This document shows positions 27,715-36,056 of a stretch of DNA of 64,000 bases, in pieces. A program made the position numbers and the translations under genes. Below the pieces are notes generated by a model, which was not told the origin of the DNA, did no database searches, and worked only from the letters and a program-made list of their open reading frames with translations. Where the stretch lies: positions 880 through 64,879 of the forward strand of contig SCTA01000027.1 in assembly GCA_004322275.1 (NCBI GenBank), written 5' to 3'. Every line of letters begins with the position of its first letter. The stretch's first letter is position 1. Origin of the DNA: a bacterium. Its GTDB lineage: Bacteria > Desulfobacterota > Deferrisomatia > Deferrisomatales > BM512.

Positions 27715-28407
27715 TCAACCCCCGAACTCCCTCGACTCCCCTACGCCCAAAACCACCAGCTTTGCCGGGAGATTTTTGAGGTGGGAGGCGAAGCTGTCGG
27801 CGTTCTGGTCGAGAACTTCATAGGTTGCATAGTGCATCGGGATGGCGAATTTCGGTCCGACGAACTCTACGGCCTTAGCAGCGTCCCTGGCTCCCATCGT
27901 ATAGATGCTTCCGATGGGTAGCATCATTATTTCGGGGCTCTCCATCTCCCCGATAAGCTTCATGTCTCCGAAGAGAGCCGTATCACCGGTGTAATAGACC
28001 TTCTGACCGCCCATCGCGATTATGAAGCCGCAAGGGTTTCCGGTGTATTCCGCCCCCTTGTCCACGAAGGAGCTTGAGTGGACGGCGTTGGTCATTTTGA
28101 CGGTGCAAAAGTCATAGCGGCGCTCCCCCCCGTGGTTCATGGGATGGACAAGAGCCCCCCGCCGCTGGCAATACATGGCGAGCTCGAAGGGGGCGACTAT
28201 GGGTGCCTGGTATTTTTTGGAGATTTCAATCGCGTCGCCGAGGTGGTCCCGGTGTCCGTGAGTGACGAGAACGATATCTATCTGGTCGTAATCGGTGGGT
28301 TTCGACTTCGCCTTCGGGTTGCCCCCGAACCAGGGGTCTATCAGCACCTGGCGCGAGCCGTCGTCAAAATGAAAATTGGAGTGGCCGTTGAAAGTTATTT
28401 TCAGCAT
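27715..28407 (-). CDS. metal-dependent hydrolase, MBL fold (UPF0173 family)
   Basis: MLKITFNGHSNFHF.. and VLVTHGHRDHLGD (HxHxDH). Confidence 0.85.
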   Translation of the reverse strand: MLKITFNGHSNFHFDDGSRQVLIDPWFGGNPKAKSKPTDYDQIDIVLVTHGHRDHLGDAIEISKKYQAPIVAPFELAMYCQRRGALVHPMNHGGERRYDFCTVKMTNAVHSSSFVDKGAEYTGNPCGFIIAMGGQKVYYTGDTALFGDMKLIGEMESPEIMMLPIGSIYTMGARDAAKAVEFVGPKFAIPMHYATYEVLDQNADSFASHLKNLPAKLVVLGVGESREFGG

Positions 28408-28561
28408 GGGGAGTTGCCTTTCTTTACCGTTGTTTATTTTATTTTTAAGTATTATGAAGGAAAACCGCTTGCTCGACAGGGGCAGGGGGTTTTTCCTTGA
28501 CCATTTTTTTATTCTAAACTGAAATATACTTTTTTGGGGTATTTAGACAAATCAAAACGGA

Positions 28562-29980
28562 GTGAGTGACGTGACGCCAGAGAAGATGAAGCTCCTTACC
28601 GGCCTTAGCCTCTTGCCCTGCCATGAGCCGAAGTCGGTTTACAAATGCATCGCATGCGAAAAGACCTACAGCCTCGACAGGCTGCTGTACACCTGCCCGG
28701 AGTGCAAAAGCCTTCTTCGCATCGTCGACGAGAATTTCAGCGCCCTCAAAGCCCGCAGCGGCAAGGAGTGGAGGCAGGTCTTCGACCTTCGCCGGTCGCT
28801 GGACGTGGCTGGGCTCAGGGGAATATTCCTCTTCCACGAACTTATACTCCCCCACATTCCCCTTGAGGACGTTATCTTCCTCGGGGAAGGGCACACCCCT
28901 CTCATCCGCGCCAACGGCGAGCTCTGCGAGTGGCTGGGAGCCGACTTTCACGTCAAGAACGACGGGCAAAACCCCAGCGCCTCCTTCAAGGACCGGGGCA
29001 TGGCCAGCGCCATCTCCTTCCTGAACAACTACATCAAGAGAAACAAGCCCGATACGGTTCTGGGCATCTGCGCCTCGACGGGAGACACCTCCGCCGCCGC
29101 CGCGCTCTACCTCTCCTACCTTCCCAAGAGCGCCGTAAAGTCGGTCGTGCTTCTCCCCAAGGGCAAAGTCACTCCCCAGCAGCTCGGGCAGCCCCTCGGA
29201 AGCGGTGCGACGGTGGTCGAGATACCGGGGGTCTTCGACGACTGCATGAAGATCGTCGAGCAGCTTGCAGAAAAGTACGACGTTTTTCTCCTGAACTCCA
29301 AAAACCCCGTACGCATAACCGGGCAGAAATCCTTCGCCTTCGAGGTCGCACAGCAGTCGGGCTGGAAGACCTCCGGCCTCACTGTGGCCGTACCGATAGG
29401 CAACGCGGGCAACGTCACGGCGATAATGGAAGGGTTTCTGGACCTTGAGAATCTCGGGATTATCGACGGTCTGCCGGTGATTCTCGGGGTGCAGAGCCAC
29501 CACGCCAACCCCGTGGCCAGATGGAGGGATACCGGCGAGTACCATCCCATGACGGTCAGCCCCAGCGTCGCCCAGGCCGCGATGATAGGAAACCCGGTCA
29601 GTTTCCCAAAGGTGAGGGGGCTCGTCGAAAAATACTTCAAGGAGAAATTCACCGCCGTGACGGTCACCGAGCAGGAGATCATGGACTCCATGCTCTTAAG
29701 TAATCGCCACGGCCACGTCGTCTGCACCCAGGGAGGCGAGGCGATAGCCGGTCTCAAGAGGGCTCTGGCCGAGGGGAAGGTCTCGCGTAACGGCCGCTTC
29801 GTCTGCGACTCCACAAGCCACCAGCTAAAATTCGCCGGGTTCCAGCAGGATTATTTTGAAGGCAAACTGGTTGAGGGATTCGGCGTCGAAAGCAAGCCCG
29901 AACTGGTGAACAAACCGGTGGGAATGGAGGCGGACGCCGGTTCGATCGCGGCGAAGCTGGGGCTCAAACCGAGAAAGTAG
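28562..29980 (+). CDS. thrC: threonine synthase (long form with N-terminal zinc-ribbon)
   Basis: N-terminal Cys pairs CIACEK..CPECKS and the PLP-lysine motif NPSASFKDRG. The exact start is uncertain (28562, 28571 or 28586). Confidence 0.9.
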   Translation: MSDVTPEKMKLLTGLSLLPCHEPKSVYKCIACEKTYSLDRLLYTCPECKSLLRIVDENFSALKARSGKEWRQVFDLRRSLDVAGLRGIFLFHELILPHIPLEDVIFLGEGHTPLIRANGELCEWLGADFHVKNDGQNPSASFKDRGMASAISFLNNYIKRNKPDTVLGICASTGDTSAAAALYLSYLPKSAVKSVVLLPKGKVTPQQLGQPLGSGATVVEIPGVFDDCMKIVEQLAEKYDVFLLNSKNPVRITGQKSFAFEVAQQSGWKTSGLTVAVPIGNAGNVTAIMEGFLDLENLGIIDGLPVILGVQSHHANPVARWRDTGEYHPMTVSPSVAQAAMIGNPVSFPKVRGLVEKYFKEKFTAVTVTEQEIMDSMLLSNRHGHVVCTQGGEAIAGLKRALAEGKVSRNGRFVCDSTSHQLKFAGFQQDYFEGKLVEGFGVESKPELVNKPVGMEADAGSIAAKLGLKPRK

Positions 29981-30096
29981 CAGCGGATAAAAAAGAGTAT
30001 CGGGATTGCGGCAGCCGAAGTTTGCAGACTAAAAAAGACGCAATCACTCCACTTGCAATGCCTGCTTTGGCTGTGCTATCTTCTGCGCTCCAAATC

Positions 30097-30172
30097 GGGG
30101 CTGTAGCTCAGCTGGGAGAGCGCCTCGTTCGCAACGAGGAGGTCGTCGGTTCGATCCCGATCAGCTCCACCA
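30097..30172 (+). tRNA. tRNA-Ala (anticodon CGC)
   Basis: GGGGCTGTAGCTCAGCTGGGAGAGCGCCTCGTTCGCAACGAGGAGGTCGTCGGTTCGATCCCGATCAGCTCCACCA, with a G3:U70 pair. The anticodon loop is TTCGCAA. Confidence 0.95.
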
Positions 30173-30184
30173 ATCAATAAAAAA

Positions 30185-30206
30185 GCCCCCGCAAAACGGG
30201 GGCTTT
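30185..30206 (+). terminator. hairpin between tRNA-Ala and tRNA-Thr (weak terminator or processing signal)
   Basis: gcccccg caaaa cgggggc followed by only ttt. Confidence 0.35.
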
Positions 30207-30216
30207 CGACCTTGAA

Positions 30217-30292
<76 letters not shown>

Positions 30293-30300
30293 ATAAAATC

Positions 30301-30337
30301 AAGGGGTTAGGCTAATTGCCTAATCCCTTATTTTTTT
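30301..30337 (+). terminator. island-borne hairpin plus T-run directly after the intact tRNA-Thr
   Basis: aaggggttaggc taat tgcctaatccctt followed by attttttt. Confidence 0.5.
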
Positions 30338-30358
30338 GCAGTCACCTAGGCAGTCACC
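30338..30358 (+). promoter_or_regulatory. pair of direct GCAGTCACC repeats (candidate integrase arm-type sites, attL side)
   Basis: gcagtcacc tag gcagtcacc with 12-nt periodicity. The same arrangement is found at 35712-35732. Confidence 0.45.
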
Positions 30359-30662
30359 AAAAGGATCAATTTCTCCTAACAACTCCCTACCGGATGAAGT
30401 TGTAAGGCTCAATCTTTGCCCTAAAAAAAGGAGGCGTGAGGTTTTTGGTTTTCCATAAAAAGAAGAGGAGGAGGGTGTTCGACTTTCGCCCATAAAAAAA
30501 GAAGCGGGGATAGGGGGGCACCCCATGAAATGAAAATGACTTTCAATCCATGAACCTCACTTAATTCCGGGGCAAAAATATAAAAGGCAACCTGAAGGGG
30601 GAGAGATTTTTCCACTCTCTCTATATCTTCGATTATTTTAAAAAAGATTGTTTTACTGTTGC

Positions 30663-31058
30663 TTAGTACTCTCCGGGGAATACGATAGAATTGGCAACAC
30701 ACGAAAAACTGTCAATTTTTTCTCCTGTCCTATTGTCATAAACATATAAAGAAGGAATAAAAACATTAAAGCTAGCATTGCAAAACTGGTTTACAACTGG
30801 ATGCATTATTTCATCCCTTTTTGTGTAAGGAATATTTTCATATTCACTACGGTTGTTTAAATATATTCTAAGATTGCCACCACCTTTAAGTATATAATCT
30901 GCATCAAAATACATATTATTGTTTTTCAATGCAGCGATTACCAAAGGCTTAATCTTTCTCTTCTGGTCATTGCTTACAAACGTAAAACTACCCGGCAAAT
31001 ACGGCATAGTTTGCGCCACTATAGTCCAAATAATAACTATAATAGTTAAAATGCCCAT
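30663..31058 (-). CDS. island cargo: small membrane-anchored protein, unknown function
   Basis: ATG at 31058 preceded by ggaggg 7 nt upstream. N-terminal TM helix MGILTIIVIIWTIVAQT. The coding sequence is strongly AT-rich. Confidence 0.55.
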   Translation of the reverse strand: MGILTIIVIIWTIVAQTMPYLPGSFTFVSNDQKRKIKPLVIAALKNNNMYFDADYILKGGGNLRIYLNNRSEYENIPYTKRDEIMHPVVNQFCNASFNVFIPSLYVYDNRTGEKIDSFSCVANSIVFPGEY

Positions 31059-31174
31059 ATTAATTCCCTCCAAAGAATTGCAAACGGCAATAAGGCGACG
31101 TTCCGACGCACAGCGACCGAACGAGCTTGTTTTTCATGGCCGCCCCTCCCTCGAATGAGATTACGGCAAGAATA

Positions 31175-31399
31175 TTAGCGCGTAATGCCGATTTTGTCAG
31201 AAACTTCTTTGCAACCGTCGCCCATGCCTTCAAAACCCATCCGAAAAGGCCACAAAGCGCACGTTTTTGAGGTGCAGAACGCGACTTCGTGAACCGACTG
31301 CATACAGTGGACGCAAAATTCCCGTATCGCCGTTTTTCGCGTCAAAAGCCGCGTTTTCTTGTTCCCGCCAACTGTCAGAAAAGTATGTTTAATTGCCAT
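31175..31399 (-). CDS. small Cys4 zinc-ribbon protein common in phage/island modules
   Basis: ATG at 31399 with aggggg SD. The motif is CVHC..(x11)..CTSKTCALWPFRMG. Confidence 0.6.
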   Translation of the reverse strand: MAIKHTFLTVGGNKKTRLLTRKTAIREFCVHCMQSVHEVAFCTSKTCALWPFRMGFEGMGDGCKEVSDKIGITR

Positions 31400-31751
31400 G
31401 ATTTTCCCCCTGTCTTTTCTGCTCCCTGTCAACATCCGCCCAGGCTATCCCTTCGGCCTCTTCGCGTACCCTCTTGTTCGGCCCCTCCATTGCGCTCCAT
31501 ACGACAAGCTGCCAAAGCTCAAGCCGCCAGCCTTCAAGCCTCTTGTAATCATCCGGGCGCGTGATGCTCTCGGGGGTCGGGTAGGGCTTGGGGCGAAGGC
31601 TTTTCTTCAGTTCGTCTTTTTGAGCCTTCACCTTTTCGACAAGTTCAGAGGGTAAGGGGTGATCAGCTACGATCCACAAGCGGTCACCTTCAAGAATGAT
31701 TGCGCCGCCTTCGGCCTCCACCTCTTCAAAAAGTTCCTTCACCGTGTTCAT
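31389..31751 (-). CDS. island hypothetical protein
   Basis: ATG at 31751 with gggagg SD, overlapping the DUF3631 stop (ATGA). No motif recognised. Confidence 0.6.
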   Translation of the reverse strand: MNTVKELFEEVEAEGGAIILEGDRLWIVADHPLPSELVEKVKAQKDELKKSLRPKPYPTPESITRPDDYKRLEGWRLELWQLVVWSAMEGPNKRVREEAEGIAWADVDREQKRQGENHGN

Positions 31752-33265
31752 ATTGATACCTCCCATCCACCCTTTTTATCTGCAACACCGCCACAACCCG
31801 CGCCAGTGGCGGGTTTTGGCGTTGCGTTTTGGTTTTCGTTTTCGCAACGTGTCGGACTATCCGCAACAGGTTTTTCCGCTTGGGAGTAGGGTTGTGTAAC
31901 TGTGGCGGATATTTCAGGGGGTGAGGTGAGATAACGAGAAAAAGCCTCTTTGAATTGATCGAGAGTGAAACCCTTGGGAGTGTTCCCGTACCCTATTCTG
32001 ATTGTCTTAGATATGATTCCGTATTCCTTTAGGCGGGAAGAAACCTGCCGGGGTGAAATTGGCTTGCCCCTGTTATAGGTTGCCCACGATTTTTCATCGT
32101 CGGCGCAAAGGGCTTGAATCAAATCCGCCGTGCTTATCTTGTCAGCTCTCTTCGCGTCGAATATCTCCTGAATGTCGGCAAGTAGTTCAGTCCCTATGCT
32201 TTGGAGCGGACTTTCAGCGCCGGAAAGCGTAAGGGCCGCTCTCCGGGCTTTGTCTGGCCAAATACCGCCAGCAATATCGGCAATGGCTAATAGCGGCTCC
32301 CAGTTGTCTTGCGCTCTGTCGTGGAGACTGGCCGGGAGGTCAGGCCGCGCACTTCTAACGGCTTCGCGGCAGTCTTCCGCGCATCGGGCCAACCTTGACG
32401 CCAAGGAGGGGAAAAGTCCGGTTTCCGCATAACGTAACCGCTCTGTATTTTCATTGGGAAGTTTCCGGCGCAAAACCAGAGTGATTGAACGATCCATAAT
32501 GGTATCGGCAAGGTGGCCGATACCGGACAGGGCTTTCGCCCCCCATAAGCTGAAACGTGTAGGGGTGTGGTTGTCTCCAACCGTTCTTATCGTATAGGCA
32601 CTGCTTCGCGTGTGACCGGCGTTTACTATCCCACGCAACTCCTCATTGTCCCGCATGAAGGCGTCCACCTCATCGATAAGGAGTGTCGGGCTCCATGCGT
32701 CAATGGTTCGGAAAAATGCCGCCGGGCTTATGTTGCTCGCCATTAACGGCTTACACACTACCTGTTGAAGGAGAGTAAGCAGCTGTGTTTTTCCGCATCT
32801 CTTTTCAGGCGCGGTAATGACCGCAAAGGGGGCAACCTGGACAACATCGATGAACCATGTGAAGGCAACCCAGAGGGCTGCTGCGTCCGCCGTCTCTTCG
32901 GCGCATACAATAAACCGGCGGACAGTTGCCGAAAGGTCGGAAAGGAGGGTTGAGAGGTCAACAGGATCGGGCCACGGCTCAACCTCGTCAAAGGTTATGT
33001 TTCCCTTTTCCTCTTCGCCTTTGGCCCCTCTTACAAGCCGGTCAAGGGTTGAAACCTGAACGCCAAGTTTTTTAGCTTCCTCCTTCCTTACCCTGTCGTA
33101 ATCGAATGGAGAAAGATCGGAAAGCCTTTTTACTTCCTCTAGATCGCTTGAGCGGCTTTCAATATTGGCCTGTAACGGGTTTTCGTGAGGGGTTGAGGGT
33201 TCTTGCATAGGAGCCCCCAGAGTATCAGCGTTGGGGGCTTCGCCGTTTAAGGGGTTCATGTTCAA
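31748..33265 (-). CDS. DUF3631 domain P-loop protein (island replication/primase-associated family)
   Basis: Walker A APEKRCGKT and Walker B TLLIDEVDAF. LRGIVNAGHTR, LADTIMDRSI and DNWEPLLAIADIAGGIWP resemble DUF3631. Confidence 0.8.
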   Translation of the reverse strand: MNMNPLNGEAPNADTLGAPMQEPSTPHENPLQANIESRSSDLEEVKRLSDLSPFDYDRVRKEEAKKLGVQVSTLDRLVRGAKGEEEKGNITFDEVEPWPDPVDLSTLLSDLSATVRRFIVCAEETADAAALWVAFTWFIDVVQVAPFAVITAPEKRCGKTQLLTLLQQVVCKPLMASNISPAAFFRTIDAWSPTLLIDEVDAFMRDNEELRGIVNAGHTRSSAYTIRTVGDNHTPTRFSLWGAKALSGIGHLADTIMDRSITLVLRRKLPNENTERLRYAETGLFPSLASRLARCAEDCREAVRSARPDLPASLHDRAQDNWEPLLAIADIAGGIWPDKARRAALTLSGAESPLQSIGTELLADIQEIFDAKRADKISTADLIQALCADDEKSWATYNRGKPISPRQVSSRLKEYGIISKTIRIGYGNTPKGFTLDQFKEAFSRYLTSPPEISATVTQPYSQAEKPVADSPTRCENENQNATPKPATGAGCGGVADKKGGWEVSI

Positions 33266-33269
33266 CCCC

Positions 33270-33470
33270 TTACGCTTCGGAGGTGGATTGCTTTAGGTTC
33301 GCCTCGATGAAGGCTTTAATGTCTTCCGGGCGATAGCGGACACAAGCGCCGGATATGCGGACGTGCTTGGGGCCTCGCCCCTGGACGCGCCATGCCTGTA
33401 AAGCCCTTGGGGTCAGGTTCAGAAGTGAAGCGGCTTGCTTTTCATTAAGGAGAGAGTTTTGTGATTCCAT
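33270..33470 (-). CDS. AlpA-family helix-turn-helix DNA-binding protein / excisionase
   Basis: 66 aa. LLNEKQAASLLNLTPRALQAWRVQGRGPKHVRI....RYRPEDIKAFIE is the typical AlpA/Xis fold pattern. Confidence 0.85.
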   Translation of the reverse strand: MESQNSLLNEKQAASLLNLTPRALQAWRVQGRGPKHVRISGACVRYRPEDIKAFIEANLKQSTSEA

Positions 33471-33558
33471 TGCGTTTTGCCTCCATAACTTTGGTTTACG
33501 ATATGAAGGCGATTCTATTCGCTGGCTAATGATGAATATAGGAAGCGAAAATAGAAAT

Positions 33559-34338
33559 TTACTTCCGTAATTCCTCTTTTAACTGCGTTAAATAATTTCT
33601 AGCAGCTTCTAAGACTTCTTTAAAAACCTCTTCTCCCATCTCATCTTTACGGAAATCCCCCTGTGCTGGTTTTATGAAAATTTCATGAATATATTGTCTT
33701 ACTGTACGATCAGTAATGCCGTATTTTTGTCCGACTTTTTCATCTGCATATTCTCCCTTTAATCTTTTATCCCTGCGCATTTGCATCGCTTCATTAGCAA
33801 TTCTCAGTTTTATGTCAAAGCTATTAAATTTATTTATTTCTTTTTGTCCAATTTCAAGTGATTCATTCATGTACATTGCGATTGGTGTTTTTGTAATTGC
33901 CTCACAGGAATACAAAATAAATTTTTTAGCATCCTCTGGCAATTTAATATCTTTGCCCAGAGGTCTTACATATAAGCCAGATGGCAAGATAATATCTGCG
34001 CCTAGCTGTAGGGAAACAATCTGGCTCGTAGCGTTCCACATAAAAAGTGGATTTCTTGTACCTTCGTATCGCTGTAGAAATACGCTTATATTAAGTGCCT
34101 TAATTAACACAATTCTTAGTACTTTGTAATTGTGTAGTCTAGCTTGTAACATAGTCTGTATAACTGTATTCATATAATGCGCAATGGTATTATCTGTAGC
34201 GGTAATTATGTTTTCGTAGCTATCAAATTCATTGTATTCAATTGTAAGTTCTTCAATCATGCTTTTTGCGATTTCTTTTATGATTTCGTTTGCAATTACT
34301 TCGTACTTTTTTTTAAATTCCTTCAAATATTTGCCCAT
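33559..34338 (-). CDS. island cargo: AT-rich 259-aa protein with a C-terminal HTH-like segment, unknown function
   Basis: ATG at 34338 with ggagg SD 5 nt upstream. EKVGQKYGITDRTVRQYIHE looks like an HTH. No other motif recognised. Confidence 0.65.
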   Translation of the reverse strand: MGKYLKEFKKKYEVIANEIIKEIAKSMIEELTIEYNEFDSYENIITATDNTIAHYMNTVIQTMLQARLHNYKVLRIVLIKALNISVFLQRYEGTRNPLFMWNATSQIVSLQLGADIILPSGLYVRPLGKDIKLPEDAKKFILYSCEAITKTPIAMYMNESLEIGQKEINKFNSFDIKLRIANEAMQMRRDKRLKGEYADEKVGQKYGITDRTVRQYIHEIFIKPAQGDFRKDEMGEEVFKEVLEAARNYLTQLKEELRK

Positions 34339-34400
34339 TTAATCCTCCGCTTCCGGTAAGCCCACGCTCTAAAGTCTCAAAATTACGGCCTTCTAGAAGC

Positions 34401-35633
34401 CTATTTAATTAGCCTCAAGCCTTGCGCCGCTTCCATCATTCTCTCGCCGTGGTCTTCAAGGGCTTTCCGCGCCGGGTCTTCGCCCAAGCGGGCGTAAATG
34501 GCCGTTGTAGAGGGTTGCGTATGGCCTAGAACCTTGCCGATCAGCGGAAGGCTTGCGCCGCTTGTGGCAAGCCAGCTTCCAACCGTGCGCCTTAGATCGT
34601 GAAGGCGTACATCTTCAAGTTCCGCCTCTTGGCGTATTCGTCGCCAACTCTTCCCTATGTTGACGAGGTGCGTTTTTTCCTTCCTTCCGGGGAATACATG
34701 GGGGTTGCCCTCTTCTCTTGGAAGTTTGTCAAAAAGAGCCTTTGCAGGGGCGCTCAGGGGTATGTAGTGGACGCGCCCCGCCTTGGTGTCAGGTAGCCTC
34801 AGTTCATTGCGCTCAAAGTCAAGGTCTTCCCACTTGGCGTTAAGAAGCTCGCTTTTTCTCGCCCCGGTAAGGAGGTAAGCGAGAATCAAGGCGCGGATAT
34901 AAACATTCGGTTCTTTGTTGATTGCTAGCGCCAGTTTCGGCAACTCTTCGGGCTTTATCCATCTATCCCGCTTTACCTCCCGAAAGGTTTGAACATCCCG
35001 CGCCGGGTTACTGTGTGCATCCGGCAAAAAACCCCACTCCCGCGCCTTCTCAAAGAGAACCGACACAAGGGCAAGAACGCGGTTCGCTTCATATTGCCCG
35101 CTTTCTCCTATCTTGTGATGAAGGGAGGCAACGTCAGAACGCCTAATAGCCTTGATTTTGAGAGTTCCCCAAGCTGGCAGTATATGGAGCTTGATTCGCC
35201 GCTTGTCTTCCTTGCCGGTCTTCTTTTGCGCCGCATGGCGCTCAAGATATGCCTCGCAAAGTTCGGATATATTGCGGTCGTCTTTCTTCCTTTCACGGTC
35301 AGCTAAAGGGTCTACTGGATCAGCGTTAAGCGCATCGGCTGTTGCTATTTTGCCTCCAAGTGCCTTGGCCGCTGCCCTTGCTCCATCTAGGGTGAGGGTA
35401 GGGTATGGTGTATCAAACTGTATAAGACGTTTGCGCCCTTCAACTTCATACGCGAATACCCAAACCTTCTTGCCGCTTGGATACACCCTTAAACCAAGCC
35501 CCGTAGCGTTTAAATCCCATTTTACACAACGGGGTTCTATTCGCTTTCCTTCTGAGTCGGTTTTTATCTCGCATTCATATTGGAATGACTGAACAATCTT
35601 TTGAGTTAGCTGGACTGCGTTACGCCTTGCCAT
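34401..35633 (-). CDS. int: tyrosine-type site-specific integrase (P4-like, N-terminal DUF4102-type arm-binding domain)
   Basis: N-terminus with GLGLRVYPSGKKVWVF. Catalytic region with ARKSELL (R), HDLRRT (H-x-x-R) and LGHTQPSTTAIY (H, Y). Confidence 0.9.
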   Translation of the reverse strand: MARRNAVQLTQKIVQSFQYECEIKTDSEGKRIEPRCVKWDLNATGLGLRVYPSGKKVWVFAYEVEGRKRLIQFDTPYPTLTLDGARAAAKALGGKIATADALNADPVDPLADRERKKDDRNISELCEAYLERHAAQKKTGKEDKRRIKLHILPAWGTLKIKAIRRSDVASLHHKIGESGQYEANRVLALVSVLFEKAREWGFLPDAHSNPARDVQTFREVKRDRWIKPEELPKLALAINKEPNVYIRALILAYLLTGARKSELLNAKWEDLDFERNELRLPDTKAGRVHYIPLSAPAKALFDKLPREEGNPHVFPGRKEKTHLVNIGKSWRRIRQEAELEDVRLHDLRRTVGSWLATSGASLPLIGKVLGHTQPSTTAIYARLGEDPARKALEDHGERMMEAAQGLRLIK

Positions 35634-35711
35634 TTTTCACCGCCTTTTTTAACGGTTGCGACTTATTAGGTGACTTCACCAAAACAGGTTTTCAAAATCA
35701 GTGAACCTCAA

Positions 35712-35732
35712 GCAGTCACTATAGCAGTCACC
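35712..35732 (+). promoter_or_regulatory. pair of direct GCAGTCAC(T/C) repeats (candidate integrase arm-type sites, attR side)
   Basis: gcagtcact ata gcagtcacc with 12-nt periodicity. An inverted copy, ggtgact, lies at 35669-35675. The sites sit between the integrase start and attR. Confidence 0.45.
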
Positions 35733-35847
35733 TGAATATAACGCAAGGCATGGTATGCCATGAAAAACCATGAAGGCTAGAATGTTGAATTATAGGGATT
35801 TTATTGGAGAATGGAGAATTGCAAAGTATGGCGTGATAGCATGATAC

Positions 35848-35897
<50 letters not shown>

Positions 35898-35904
35898 TTC
35901 ATTC

Positions 35905-35947
35905 AAAAAAAAGCCTGCGCCATCGGTTGCGCGGGCTTTTTGCTTTT
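35905..35947 (+). terminator. rho-independent terminator after the displaced tRNA-Thr 3' fragment (probably the native tRNA terminator)
   Basis: gcctgcgc catcggtt gcgcgggc (8-bp stem including one G-U pair), followed by tttttgctttttt. Confidence 0.65.
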
Positions 35948-36056
35948 TTAACAAGCGGTTATGAATTTTCCCCACCTTTCCTTGTTTTCCGGAAAATCCG
36001 TCGTACCCTAAGATTGACAATCCAGTCCCTTATATTATTGCCGCAAGGAGGGAGAG

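Noticed and set aside
28514-29545. 343-aa minus-strand ORF
   Set aside because: It lies entirely antisense to thrC, which has the PLP-lysine motif, so it is a shadow ORF.
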